Positions 19,062-29,028 of a stretch of 64,000 nucleotides of DNA are shown piece after piece. The notes under the pieces were generated by a model. The model ran no database searches. It saw only the letters and a list, made by a program, of their open reading frames with translations, and was not told the DNA's origin. How positions within the stretch are numbered: the first letter of the stretch is position 1; every line of letters begins with the position of its first letter. Source of the stretch: an uncultured Thiotrichales bacterium (GTDB lineage: Bacteria > Pseudomonadota > Gammaproteobacteria > Francisellales > CACEW01). The DNA lies in the NCBI GenBank assembly GCA_903870015.1, contig CAIQBE010000020.1:3143-67142 (forward strand), written 5' to 3'. The translations under genes were made by a program, and so were the position numbers.

Positions 19062-21005
19062 TTAATTCAAAACCCTGGCCACTTTTTTTACATAGGTTAA
19101 ACGACGAACATGGCGAATAATTTTAGCCAAATGCGGACGATCCAAGACTTCAACGATCATATCCGCGTGAATAGCGTCAGTCAAAGATTCATGCATAATG
19201 AATTCACGAATATTCCCCCCTAGCTCAGCAATTTCGCGTGTAACACCGGCAATCACACCGACATTATTATGCGCATCTACCCGAACTTTCACTGGAAAAA
19301 ATCCCGAAACATTTTGCGACCAGGTAACATCAGCCCACTTACCATGTTTTTTCTTTTTAACTAAATCAGCTAAATGCTCGCACTCAGTGACATGCACCTG
19401 CACTTTGTGCGCCGGCGTAATCAAGGCTTTAATGCTATCCCCAGGAATCGGATAACAACAACGGGAAAGCTCCAAATTCATACCCTTGCCTGAATGAATC
19501 ACAAAATGCGGCTTTTTTTGCTTTTCAGGAAGATGATGCGCTGTTGAATCAACATCTGCTGCCTCTCGATCACTCAACTCTTTCAGGCTATGACGAATCG
19601 CGGATTTAGCCCGCCCCGTCACCACCATTGTTAACCAAGAGGGATCGGGATGAACATTTGCATCCGTACTCACTTCAACGGTTTGACCATTTAACAAAGG
19701 ATAGCTGAAAGGAACATTACGTTTATTGACATGCACTTCTTGGCAATGACTACCAACCTGAGTATGCACGGCATAGGCAAAATCTAAGGCACTAGAACCA
19801 CGGGGCAAACATAAAATCTCACCTTTAGGCGTAAACACATACACCTCATCTGGGAATAAATCAATTTTCATATCGCGAATAAAATCTAAAGAATTGCCCG
19901 AATTTGCCTGAATATCTGCCACTTTTTTCAGCCACTTTTGTGCCTGCACATTAACCTGAGCCTCATCTCCAGGGGCTTTATAAAGCCAATGCGAGGCAAA
20001 GCCATTTTCAGCAATCCGATCCATGAGCTCAGTGCGAATCTGCATTTCAATCGGCACGCCAAAAGGTCCAAACAAAATCGTATGCAAGGACTGATAACCA
20101 TTGGCCTTGGGAATAGCGATATAATCTTTAAACTTGCCCGGAATAGGCTTAAAAATACTGTGAACTGCTCCCAAAACATGATAGCAATCAAACACATCGC
20201 GGGCGATAATACGAAAGCCATAAATATCCATAATTTCGGCAAAAGGTACGCCACGATCTTTCATTTTAGAATAAACACTGTAAAGGCTTTTAGTACGACC
20301 ATAGATATGATTTGATGCTACACCAAAACGCTCTAAACCTTGATGCAAAGCCTTTTCTAATTTTTCAAACAATTTTTGTCGATGGCCCTTAGCGGTACGC
20401 ACCGATTCTTTTAACACCTGATAGCGCCAAGGATAAATCGCCTTAAAACTTAAATCCTCAAGCATGATCTTCATTTGATTTAAGCCCAAACGATGGGCAA
20501 TCGGCGCATAAATTTCTAAAGTCTCTTTGGCAATACGCTGACGCTTTGAGGGCGCAAGGCTTTGCAGCGTACTCATATTGTGCAACCGATCAGCCATTTT
20601 AATCAAAATAACGCGAATGTCTTCGGTCATCGCTAACATCATTTTACGGAAATTTTCCGCCTGCGCTTCTTGCTTAGATTCAAAATTCATTTTGGTGAGC
20701 TTACTCACCCCTTCAACTAACTCAGTAATTTTTGAACCAAAGGCTGCGGTCAACTCCATCGATGTCACAGGAGTATCCTCAAGCACATCGTGCAACAGCA
20801 CAGCAATAATGGTCTCAATATCAAGATGCATATCCGCCAAAATGCAAGCGGCTGCAACCGTGTGGGTAATATAGCATTCACCAGAAGAGCGAAATTGATC
20901 CTCATGCGCATCCGCCGCAAAAAGATAAGCACGAGCAATCTCTTTAATTTCAGCAGGCGTTAAATAAAGCGCAAGACGTTGTTGCAACGGCGCAAAAATA
21001 AACAC
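19062..21005 (-). CDS. spoT: Bifunctional (p)ppGpp synthetase/hydrolase
   Basis: 647 aa. HD hydrolase motif (HDVLEDT), RelA/SpoT synthetase core, TGS domain and C-terminal ACT-like domain. Lies downstream of rpoZ as in other gammaproteobacteria. Confidence 0.93.
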   Translation of the reverse strand: MFIFAPLQQRLALYLTPAEIKEIARAYLFAADAHEDQFRSSGECYITHTVAAACILADMHLDIETIIAVLLHDVLEDTPVTSMELTAAFGSKITELVEGVSKLTKMNFESKQEAQAENFRKMMLAMTEDIRVILIKMADRLHNMSTLQSLAPSKRQRIAKETLEIYAPIAHRLGLNQMKIMLEDLSFKAIYPWRYQVLKESVRTAKGHRQKLFEKLEKALHQGLERFGVASNHIYGRTKSLYSVYSKMKDRGVPFAEIMDIYGFRIIARDVFDCYHVLGAVHSIFKPIPGKFKDYIAIPKANGYQSLHTILFGPFGVPIEMQIRTELMDRIAENGFASHWLYKAPGDEAQVNVQAQKWLKKVADIQANSGNSLDFIRDMKIDLFPDEVYVFTPKGEILCLPRGSSALDFAYAVHTQVGSHCQEVHVNKRNVPFSYPLLNGQTVEVSTDANVHPDPSWLTMVVTGRAKSAIRHSLKELSDREAADVDSTAHHLPEKQKKPHFVIHSGKGMNLELSRCCYPIPGDSIKALITPAHKVQVHVTECEHLADLVKKKKHGKWADVTWSQNVSGFFPVKVRVDAHNNVGVIAGVTREIAELGGNIREFIMHESLTDAIHADMIVEVLDRPHLAKIIRHVRRLTYVKKVARVLN

Positions 21006-21084
21006 GATGATCCCCGTTATTTTAAAGCAAAAGAATAATGCCTATTATCAGGTATTTATAAAAATTTTAAAAGAAAAGGATTAA

Positions 21085-21294
21085 CTACTCGTTATCAGTA
21101 TTTAATATGCTACCAGTCACACTACCATTAGCAATTTCACGCAAGGCCACAACTGTTGCCTTATCATTATCCCAAGGCACGGTAGGCTCTTCACCAGTCG
21201 TCAACAATTGGCGCGCACGCTTACTCGCAGCAAGCACTAGCTCAAAACGATTGGGCATTTTTTTCAAACAATCTTCAACAGTAATACGCGCCAT
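21085..21294 (-). CDS. rpoZ: DNA-directed RNA polymerase subunit omega
   Basis: Internal Met gives [30 protein letters not shown], the canonical omega N-terminus. The 143-aa track ORF is an artefactual 5' extension. Confidence 0.92.
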   Translation of the reverse strand: MARITVEDCLKKMPNRFELVLAASKRARQLLTTGEEPTVPWDNDKATVVALREIANGSVTGSILNTDNE

Positions 21295-21346
21295 GACAAC
21301 CTCTATAAATTTAAGATATGGGTAAGTATAGCATGGATTATGGGGT

Positions 21347-21904
21347 TTAGGCAAGATTACTAGCGCGTTGTCGAAAAGCAAGTTCATGATTAAGCAACCA
21401 CTGCTTACGTGCAACCCCACCACCATAGCCTCCCAAGGCACCGCCTGTATTGATGACTCGATGACAAGGAATGACAATAGAAAGCGGGTTGGCGCCATTG
21501 GCATTAGCAACGGCACGGCAACTCAAAGGCCTACCGATGTTTACAGCTAACTCACGATAAGACCAAGCGCCCCCGAAAGGAATGCTCTGCAACGCGCGCC
21601 AGACTTGTTGCTGAAACGGGGACCCCAGTAGACATAAAGGCGTTTTGAATTGGGTCAGCTGACCGGAAAAATAGGCCTCCAGCTCAGCACGAATCGATTG
21701 AATGGGCGCTGTTTCTCCAGGCAGAACAACCGCTTTAGTTCTTTGGCGCAAACGCTCAATCTCACGCTCAAAACCTCGGCGATCAAGAAAGTCAAGTAGA
21801 TACAATTCAGCCTCACTAGCAATAGCGATCATCGGCCCTAAAGGCGTATCAAGCAAGGATGCCTTGAGTGAGCAAATGATTGCCTTCTTTACATTGGGAA
21901 TCAT
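21347..21904 (-). CDS. ogt: Methylated-DNA--protein-cysteine methyltransferase
   Basis: Active-site IPCHRV and the RAVA.ANG.NP motif. The start codon is uncertain. Confidence 0.88.
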   Translation of the reverse strand: MIPNVKKAIICSLKASLLDTPLGPMIAIASEAELYLLDFLDRRGFEREIERLRQRTKAVVLPGETAPIQSIRAELEAYFSGQLTQFKTPLCLLGSPFQQQVWRALQSIPFGGAWSYRELAVNIGRPLSCRAVANANGANPLSIVIPCHRVINTGGALGGYGGGVARKQWLLNHELAFRQRASNLA

Positions 21905-21944
21905 GACGCTATGCTCTCACGCTTAAAATAAAAAACAATAAATC

Positions 21945-22553
21945 CTAATTTTGACTCTGCACCCAAGCCTGAAAACGCGCTGGCGTACTCGGCAGGTTTT
22001 GCTTTAAGAGATTAGCAAAATAAGCACCCATCACAGTTTTGCCGATGGAATGCGGACTCAACGCAAAATAAAACAACGAATACTGTAACTTGATTTTCCA
22101 ATCTGGATAGTTAGGCGTCAGCGCTAAAGCCATGGCAGAAGCAAGACCAGTCCGATCAACACCATAACCGCAATGAATCAAGAGCGGCCTTGGCGCAACT
22201 CGGATTAAGTTATCGAGTTGTTTTAACTGCGAAGGCGTTGGATCCGTATAGGCACTTAAACCCAAATCAAAGTGAGCCACATGGTTTTGAGCCGCAACAG
22301 TAAGCTCCTCTGAATGCCCGCCAAAATTAGGTGCTAGATCAATAATAGCTTTAATATGATGCTCATCAATAACCGCTTGCAACTGCGAAGGCGACAGCTG
22401 GGCCGAGCGATACACCTGACCAGGAATAACGGTATGAATATTCCCCGATAGCCGCAAGTAACCATAATAAGCGCCACAGCTAAGCGCCATGATCAAGAGG
22501 ACAGCAAGAAGAATACCAATATTTTTTTTTAAGTTTTTCATAGGATCAAACAC
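21945..22553 (-). CDS. Membrane-anchored or secreted Cys-based protein phosphatase (tyrosine/dual-specificity-like)
   Basis: N-terminal hydrophobic segment and C-x5-R P-loop HCGYGVDRTG. A poly-A9 tract sits in codons 8-11 (plus-strand T9 at 22522-22530). Confidence 0.7.
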   Translation of the reverse strand: MFDPMKNLKKNIGILLAVLLIMALSCGAYYGYLRLSGNIHTVIPGQVYRSAQLSPSQLQAVIDEHHIKAIIDLAPNFGGHSEELTVAAQNHVAHFDLGLSAYTDPTPSQLKQLDNLIRVAPRPLLIHCGYGVDRTGLASAMALALTPNYPDWKIKLQYSLFYFALSPHSIGKTVMGAYFANLLKQNLPSTPARFQAWVQSQN

Positions 22554-22587
22554 CTACTCAGTGAATCCAACCTGCCAAAGTAAAGCT

Positions 22588-22616
22588 GGCTTGCCGAATT
22601 AAAACCGGCTTGCCGA
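22588..22616. repeat. Two direct copies of GGCTTGCCGA between tRNA-Ser and the phosphatase gene
   Basis: Identical 10-mers at 22588-22597 and 22607-22616. They do not match the tRNA 3' end. Confidence 0.4.
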
Positions 22617-22639
22617 GCCGAAGCCCAAAGGGCGAAGGC

Positions 22640-22732
22640 TGGCGGAGAAGGAGGGATTCGAACCCTCGATACAGCTTTTGACCGTATACTCCCTTAGCAG
22701 GGGAGCGCCTTCGACCACTCGGCCACCTCTCC
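22640..22732 (-). tRNA. tRNA-Ser (anticodon GCU), type II with long variable arm, CCA encoded
   Basis: Folded by hand. 7-bp acceptor stem GGAGAGG/CTTCTCC, anticodon loop CU-GCU-AA, 6-bp variable arm, T-arm GAGGG-TTCGAAT-CCCTC, 3' GCCA. Confidence 0.95.
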
Positions 22733-22835
22733 GGATATAACACGATCCATACACTTTCCCAGGACCGGATGGGAATTCTTGCTTAAAAAAGGCAATTCGT
22801 CAAGAAAAATCTTGTCTTAAGGATAATTTTAAGCT

Positions 22836-23087
22836 TTATGCGTCAGCAGCCTCTTTTCTCACAACCACAGAAACATCTAACGTTTCTTTTTTAAGAACAC
22901 TACCATCATCCCCAAATTGCTTGAGTGTATCGCAGATACGATGATAAATTTCTTCACGATGCACGGAAACATTTTGCGGAGCCTTAATACCCAAACGCAC
23001 CTGATTGCCTTTGATGCTTAATAATGTCACTACAACATCATCACCAATCACCAACGACTCACCTACTTTTCTTGTTAATATTAACAC
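22836..23087 (-). CDS. csrA: Carbon storage regulator CsrA (long form, 83 aa)
   Basis: A GTG start 4 nt after GGAGG gives the canonical [17 protein letters not shown]...GIKAP..V.VHREEIY. About 20 extra C-terminal residues relative to the roughly 61-aa classical CsrA. Confidence 0.9.
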   Translation of the reverse strand: MLILTRKVGESLVIGDDVVVTLLSIKGNQVRLGIKAPQNVSVHREEIYHRICDTLKQFGDDGSVLKKETLDVSVVVRKEAADA

Positions 23088-23363
23088 GACGCCTCCCAGC
23101 ATTAAGCGGTAATGAACCGGCCTTCACATCCCTAATGTACTTCCACAAAAATATGTCTAAACCCAAACATCTTCATAAAGTTACCTCGGATCACTTACGC
23201 AGTCTCTCACGCTACGGAAGCTAATCAAAGCCGAAAACTTTTGCACGACCATAATAATACAAAAAAATCCCAAATGCAAATTCCATGCATAAAACCCATG
23301 TTAAATTCAAAAAATAAATTTTAAAATAAATTTAAAATGCTTTAAATTAAAAAGATGAGCAAA

Positions 23364-23714
23364 CTACTCGGGGTGTACCGACCACAGCTTTTCTAGCTCA
23401 TAATATTTACGAACTTGCGGCAACATCAAATGCACCAAAATAGTGCCCAAATCAACCAAAATCCATTCGCCATTTTGATCCCCTTCAACACCTAAAATGA
23501 CCACCCCAAGTTTTTTAAGCTCAGAAACCACAAGATTCATCATCGCACGCAAATGCGGATTAGAGGTGCCCGTGACCACAATCATATCATCAGCAACCGT
23601 TGTTAAATCACGCACATGGAGCACCACCATGTCTTCGGCTTTTTTATCTTCTAAGAGCTGAACTACTGTTTTTAGCAACTCTGCATGTGTTATAACTTTC
23701 GATTCTTTGTCCAT
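23364..23714 (-). CDS. rsfS: Ribosomal silencing factor RsfS
   Basis: RsfS C-terminal pattern VHLMLPQVRKYYELEKLW. Internal Met chosen because GGAGG lies upstream and the longer ORF abuts purB. Confidence 0.85.
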   Translation of the reverse strand: MDKESKVITHAELLKTVVQLLEDKKAEDMVVLHVRDLTTVADDMIVVTGTSNPHLRAMMNLVVSELKKLGVVILGVEGDQNGEWILVDLGTILVHLMLPQVRKYYELEKLWSVHPE

Positions 23715-23777
23715 GACGTGTATAATACCTCCTAAAATAAGTCCGCTTATTGTATGTTTTTTACCAGAAACTAGCAA

Positions 23778-25145
23778 ATGGAATCTCTTATGACCGCGAA
23801 TTTACTTGCAATTTCTCCTCTTGATGGCCGCTATGCCAAAAAAATTCAAGCCTTGCAGCCCATATTTAGCGAGTTTGGCCTCATCAAATATCGAGTCATC
23901 GTTGAAATTTCTTGGCTAAAACACCTGTATCATGAAAAAATAATCGCCACAGCCACTCCTATTAATTTTGGACCACTCGACCAACTCGCACAAGATTTCA
24001 GCCTAAGCGATGCCGAAAAAGTCAAAATCATTGAGCAAAGCACCAATCACGATGTCAAAGCGGTAGAATATTTTTTACAACAATTCTGCGAAGCCCATCC
24101 AGATTTAAACACTCTCAAAAGCTTTTGGCACTTTGCCTGCACGTCCGAAGACATTAACAACCTAGCCTATGCCTTAATGGTCAAAGCCGGCATCAGCGAC
24201 ACCCTTCTGCCTTTACATACCAAAATCACCACACTCTTACGGCAAAAAAGCCATGACTACGCAGCCATCGCAATGCTCGCACGCACCCATGGACAATCGG
24301 CAACGCCAACGAGCATGGGTAAAGAGTTTGCAGTATTTTTAGCACGACTGGAAACCCAAATTCAAAAACTTAAAAACATTAAAATCTTAGGCAAGTGCAA
24401 CGGCGCAGTGGGCAATTTTAACGCCCACCTCATCGCCTATCCTGAAATAGCATGGGATAAGGTTGTTGAAAAATTTGTGCATAGCCTGGGCTTAACTTAC
24501 AATGCCTATGTCACTCAAATCGAGCCCCACGACTATTTAGCCGAGCTATTTCATAGCATCAGCCGCATCGACACCCTCCTCATAGATCTGTGCCGAGATA
24601 TGTGGACTTACATCTCTTTGGGCTACTTTACCCAAAAACTCAAAGCCAATGAAGTGGGCTCTTCCACCATGCCCCACAAAGTCAACCCCATTGATTTTGA
24701 AAATGCCGAGGGCAATTTAGGCGTAGCCAATGCCTTATTCGAGCATATGGCCGCCAAACTTCCAATTTCACGCCTACAGCGGGATTTAAGCGACTCCACC
24801 GTCTTAAGAAATATCGGCTCAGGCTTTGCTTATGCTGTTATTGCGTATGAAGCCTTACTCACGGGCTTGAATAAACTAGAGCTCGCCCCCATAACTATAG
24901 CTGCGGACTTAAATCAACATTGGGAAGTTTTAGCCGAAGCTGTACAAACAGTGATGCGCCGCTACGAAGTCGCAGATGCGTACGAAAAACTAAAAGCACT
25001 CACACGCGGCCAAGGCTTAGATCAAAAAGCTTATCAGGCTTTTGTAAAAGAGCTTAATATTCCAGAGAATGCCAAAGAACGCTTATTAAAATTAACACCA
25101 GATACCTACACAGGGCTCGCCAAAGAACTTGCCGAAAAGGCCTAA
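23778..25145 (+). CDS. purB: Adenylosuccinate lyase
   Basis: 455 aa. SPLDGRY N-terminus and fumarate-lyase signature [11 protein letters not shown]. Confidence 0.95.
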   Translation: MESLMTANLLAISPLDGRYAKKIQALQPIFSEFGLIKYRVIVEISWLKHLYHEKIIATATPINFGPLDQLAQDFSLSDAEKVKIIEQSTNHDVKAVEYFLQQFCEAHPDLNTLKSFWHFACTSEDINNLAYALMVKAGISDTLLPLHTKITTLLRQKSHDYAAIAMLARTHGQSATPTSMGKEFAVFLARLETQIQKLKNIKILGKCNGAVGNFNAHLIAYPEIAWDKVVEKFVHSLGLTYNAYVTQIEPHDYLAELFHSISRIDTLLIDLCRDMWTYISLGYFTQKLKANEVGSSTMPHKVNPIDFENAEGNLGVANALFEHMAAKLPISRLQRDLSDSTVLRNIGSGFAYAVIAYEALLTGLNKLELAPITIAADLNQHWEVLAEAVQTVMRRYEVADAYEKLKALTRGQGLDQKAYQAFVKELNIPENAKERLLKLTPDTYTGLAKELAEKA

Positions 25146-25182
25146 AGCGAGTAAAATCCAAGGGTTTAAAACGAGGAACACT

Positions 25183-27072
25183 ATGAACGCATTTAATCAA
25201 GATCATTTCGACGAGCTCACCCTCGCACAAATTCGCGAACTCGTTGCCCTAGGCAAAGAACAAGGCTATCTAACGCTAGCGGATCTTAACGAGCAATTGC
25301 CCGCCGAGCTCACCGACCCCGAGCAAATTGATGGCATTGTTAGCGCGCTCAATGATATGTCAATCCCCGTATTTTCCTCACTCGAAGATGTCGATCCATT
25401 TTTACTTGAAAATGCCCCGCAAACCAATTCCGAAGAAGAACTACCCGAAGGCACCCCCACCGCCCTAGTGATTGATGATGACGAGCTCGGGCGCACCAAC
25501 GATCCCGTGCGTATGTACATGCGGGAAATGGGCACCGTCGACCTACTCACCCGCCAAGGCGAAATTCAAATCGCTAAACGGATTGAAGAAGGCACCCTAC
25601 AAGTCTTAGATGCTATTTCTGACTACCCCACAGTCATTGATCAATTTTTAAATTCATATTACAAATCACAACAAGAAGAGCGCCCACTCTCAACAATTAT
25701 TTCAGGCTTCACAGATGAAGAAGATACCACCGCGGCAATCCCCCTGGTCGAGCTCTCAGACGATACCAACGAAGATGATATCCCCCTGTCAGCCGCTGCC
25801 AAAGCTGACGATGACGAAGAAGGTGGATCAGGCGATATCGTTGAAATGGACCTAGGCCCTGACCCAGAAAAAGCCGCAGCACGCTTTGGCGAACTCAAAA
25901 AACTTGCTGATGCTTACAAAGCCACGCTCAAAAAAGAAGGCATTGATAGCAAAAAAACCGTAAAAGCCAAAGCCGCACTCAAAGAAAACTTTTTACTCTT
26001 CAAGCTCGCCACCCAAGAATTTAACCGCTTAACCGGCCGCTTACGTTTAAATTTAGAATTAATTCGCGAACAAGAAAGATTTTTAACCCGCATCTGCGTT
26101 GAAAAATGCCGCATGCCCCGCAAAGATTTCCTTACTTGCTTCCAAGGAAACGAAACCAATCTCGAATGGGTCAACGAAATCAAAAAATCCGCTTACCGAG
26201 AAAAACTCTTTGAATTCAAGCCTGAAATTTACGAAGCACAACGTAAAATAAAATCAGCCCAAGACACGTACGGCATGCCTGTTGCGGAAATCAAAGAAGC
26301 CAATCGCCGCATGTCGATTGGGGAGGCCAAAACCCGCCGCGCTAAAAAAGAAATGATCGAGGCCAACTTACGCTTAGTAATTTCTATCGCCAAAAAATAC
26401 ACCAATCGCGGCATGCAATTTTTAGATTTGATCCAAGAAGGCAACATCGGCCTCATGAAAGCAGTAGACAAGTTTGAATACCGTCGCGGCTATAAATTTT
26501 CAACCTACGCCACCTGGTGGATCCGCCAAGCCATCACCCGCTCTATCGCCGATCAAGCGCGCACCATTCGTATTCCCGTGCATATGATTGAAACCATCAA
26601 CAAACTCAATCGCATCGCCCGTCAAATGCAACAAGAAATGGGCCGCGAACCAACGCCAGAAGAATTAAGCGTCAAGATGGACTTGCCCGAAGACAAGGTC
26701 CGCAAAGTCATGAAAATCGCCAAAGAGCCAATCTCAATGGAAACGCCAATCGGTGATGACGAAGATTCGCATTTAGGGGATTTTATTGAAGATACCTCAG
26801 TAGCATTACCAGTAGATTCAGCCACCAATGAAAACCTACGCGAAGTCACCCGCAAGATTCTAGATGGCCTAACTGAGCGCGAATCCAAAGTTCTACGTAT
26901 GCGTTTTGGTATTGATATGAATACTGACCATACGTTAGAAGAAGTCGGCAAGCAATTTGATGTAACCCGTGAGCGGATTCGGCAGATTGAAGCCAAAGCG
27001 CTGCGTAAGCTGCGTCATCCATCACGTGCTGAGACATTAAAGAGCTTTATTGATGATTTGAATGAGAAGTAA
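25183..27072 (+). CDS. rpoD: RNA polymerase sigma factor RpoD
   Basis: Start at MNAFNQ with GAGGA upstream. Acidic region 1, regions 2-4 ([39 protein letters not shown], region 4 HTH). Confidence 0.95.
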   Translation: MNAFNQDHFDELTLAQIRELVALGKEQGYLTLADLNEQLPAELTDPEQIDGIVSALNDMSIPVFSSLEDVDPFLLENAPQTNSEEELPEGTPTALVIDDDELGRTNDPVRMYMREMGTVDLLTRQGEIQIAKRIEEGTLQVLDAISDYPTVIDQFLNSYYKSQQEERPLSTIISGFTDEEDTTAAIPLVELSDDTNEDDIPLSAAAKADDDEEGGSGDIVEMDLGPDPEKAAARFGELKKLADAYKATLKKEGIDSKKTVKAKAALKENFLLFKLATQEFNRLTGRLRLNLELIREQERFLTRICVEKCRMPRKDFLTCFQGNETNLEWVNEIKKSAYREKLFEFKPEIYEAQRKIKSAQDTYGMPVAEIKEANRRMSIGEAKTRRAKKEMIEANLRLVISIAKKYTNRGMQFLDLIQEGNIGLMKAVDKFEYRRGYKFSTYATWWIRQAITRSIADQARTIRIPVHMIETINKLNRIARQMQQEMGREPTPEELSVKMDLPEDKVRKVMKIAKEPISMETPIGDDEDSHLGDFIEDTSVALPVDSATNENLREVTRKILDGLTERESKVLRMRFGIDMNTDHTLEEVGKQFDVTRERIRQIEAKALRKLRHPSRAETLKSFIDDLNEK

Positions 27073-27081
27073 GTTAGGATT

Positions 27082-27116
27082 GCATTACTAATAAATCCCG
27101 ATAATATTAGTAATGC
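27082..27116. terminator. AT-rich 12-bp hairpin between convergent rpoD and the last LPS gene
   Basis: GCATTACTAATA-11 nt loop-TATTAGTAATGC. A third direct copy of GCATTACTAA follows. Confidence 0.5.
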
Positions 27117-27131
27117 ATTACTAACGTAGAC

Positions 27132-28970
27132 CTACTTCCCCTGATACTCCGGAACAATCTCAACAAGCAAAGCAAGCATTTGGGCTTGAGATAAACTGTA
27201 AAATTCTGAAGCAACTACGTCTATTTTCCCTCTACAACTCATAATATCGGCATCCGCGCTAGAACGCATAATTTTTTCATGCATGGTCGGCGCCAAAGCT
27301 TCATGGGCATAAAACAGCTCTTCAAATAACTTTTCACCAGGACGTAATCCAGTATAAACAATCTGAACATCAACGCCCACTTCTTTACCCGCAAATTGAA
27401 TCAATCTTTCAGCAATATATTGAATTTTAATGGGCTCCCCCATATCCAAAACAAAAATTTCACCGCCCTCACCAAAACTACCTGCTTGCAAAATCAAGCG
27501 ACAGGCCTCAGGAATGGTCATAAAATATCGGGTAATATCCGGATGAGTCACGGTAACAGGCCCACCCATTTCAATCTGTTTACGAAATAACGGCACCACG
27601 CTACCTGCAGAATTAATCACATTACCAAAGCGCACCACCATAAACCGGGTTTTGCCATGTTCTTGGTTCAGGGCATTGCAATAAAACTCAGCAGCGCGTT
27701 TGGTTGAACCCATAATATTGGTAGGGTTAACGGCCTTATCGGTAGAAATCAAAATAAAACGCTCAACACCATACTGAACGGCTAAATCAGCCACAATTTT
27801 AGTACCCAAGATATTATTCTTAATTGCGACATCAATCTGATCCTCGAGCAAAGGCACATGCTTATAGGCTGCTGCATGGAAAACCACTTTAGGTTGATAA
27901 CGCTGAAAAATCTGCTCCATAAAAGCAACATCAACTACAGAACCCAAGCAAACACTATACTGAACCCGATTACTTAAACTCGCTAACTCCTGATCAATTA
28001 GATATAAATTAAACTCTGAGTGATCAACCACAATCAGTTTTTTAGGCGCAAAACGAGCAATTTGCCGACACAGCTCACTACCAATCGAACCACCGCCACC
28101 CGTAACCAAAACCACCTCTCCATTTAAAAAATCTGTAATTTTAGTAGTATCAATATGCACTTCTTCACGACCGATTAAATCCTCAACGGACACCTTGCGA
28201 ATATTACCCAAATGCACTTGTGAAGAGGTCAATTCTTGCAAACTGGGCAAGGTCGAATAGGGTAGCCCCGCTTTTTCACACAAATCAACAATAGAGCGCA
28301 TGGATTTGGAAGACAAGGAAGGAATGGCAATAAAAATATGCTCGATCCTTTCACGCTCGGCAATCGCCGGAAGATCAGCAATTTTACCCAAAACCCTAAT
28401 GCCATGAAGCTCTCGCCCTTTTTTGGTCGCATGATCATCCAAAAATCCAATAGGCTGATACTTTTGGGTCGCATGACGCAAAAGATCCCGCACCAAGCCC
28501 TCACCCGCATCTCCAGCACCGATAATTAAAACACGCTTAGCATCATCACTCATCCCTTTACGCATCTTTAAAATTCGGTAGCTTAAACGCGTAGTGCCCA
28601 TAAAAATGGTTAGGAAAATAAAATAGAGAATGGGCACGGATCGTGGCAATACTTCACGATCTTTAAACAAAAACCACAAAAACACCAAAAACACTGTGCC
28701 GGCTGCAACTGTTTTGATGATGCGCAATAAATCGGCTAAAGAAGCAAACCGCCAAACGCCCCGATATAAGCCAAATAAAATGCAAAACAGAAATTGGATG
28801 GGGAGTAAGATCCACAGGAAATGATAAAATGAGGCAAAGCCTGAAGGAGGACTGGACTCAAAACTGAAGCGGAAGGCGTAGGAGGCCAGAAAGGCGAGGA
28901 CAATTGCCATGATATCGGCGATCATAGCGATGAGGCGGTTGCGATAGACAAAAATAATGTTGCTAAACAT
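27132..28970 (-). CDS. Membrane-bound nucleotide-sugar 4,6-dehydratase (WbpM/PglF/CapD family)
   Basis: 612 aa. Four N-terminal TM segments and two Rossmann regions (IIGAGDAG, VTGGGGSIGSEL). Confidence 0.88.
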   Translation of the reverse strand: MFSNIIFVYRNRLIAMIADIMAIVLAFLASYAFRFSFESSPPSGFASFYHFLWILLPIQFLFCILFGLYRGVWRFASLADLLRIIKTVAAGTVFLVFLWFLFKDREVLPRSVPILYFIFLTIFMGTTRLSYRILKMRKGMSDDAKRVLIIGAGDAGEGLVRDLLRHATQKYQPIGFLDDHATKKGRELHGIRVLGKIADLPAIAERERIEHIFIAIPSLSSKSMRSIVDLCEKAGLPYSTLPSLQELTSSQVHLGNIRKVSVEDLIGREEVHIDTTKITDFLNGEVVLVTGGGGSIGSELCRQIARFAPKKLIVVDHSEFNLYLIDQELASLSNRVQYSVCLGSVVDVAFMEQIFQRYQPKVVFHAAAYKHVPLLEDQIDVAIKNNILGTKIVADLAVQYGVERFILISTDKAVNPTNIMGSTKRAAEFYCNALNQEHGKTRFMVVRFGNVINSAGSVVPLFRKQIEMGGPVTVTHPDITRYFMTIPEACRLILQAGSFGEGGEIFVLDMGEPIKIQYIAERLIQFAGKEVGVDVQIVYTGLRPGEKLFEELFYAHEALAPTMHEKIMRSSADADIMSCRGKIDVVASEFYSLSQAQMLALLVEIVPEYQGK

Positions 28971-28991
28971 GTTCCCTCTTAATGTGAAGAC

Positions 28992-29028
28992 CCCTGAAAT
29001 TTGAAAGTCACGCGTTCAATTTTCAGGG
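28992..29028 (-). promoter_or_regulatory. Intercistronic hairpin overlapping the aminotransferase stop codon
   Basis: CCCTGAAA-t-TTGAA-9 nt-TTCAA-t-TTTCAGGG (8+5 bp). The SD AAGAGGGA of the next gene lies just downstream on the minus strand. Confidence 0.4.

Noticed and set aside
21295-21516. 74-codon upstream extension of rpoZ, and the overlapping long ORF reading into ogt
   Set aside because: Omega proteins start at MARITVEDC. The extension overlaps the 3' end of ogt in another frame.
22558-22743. 61-aa ORF on the minus strand covering the tRNA-Ser gene
   Set aside because: It coincides exactly with a well-folding tRNA-Ser(GCU), so it is an ORF-caller artefact.
22553-22835. tRNA-Ser as an integration site for a genomic island
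   Set aside because: There is no integrase, no duplicated copy of the tRNA 3' end and no compositional break nearby. The csrA-tRNA-Ser linkage is the conserved housekeeping arrangement.
25266-26183. Several 79-94 aa antisense ORFs inside rpoD (25266-25550, 25659-25898, 25914-26183)
   Set aside because: They lie opposite the acidic, low-complexity region of a clearly real sigma-70 gene. Their products are Ser-rich and low-complexity with no motifs or SD sequences. They are typical compositional artefacts.
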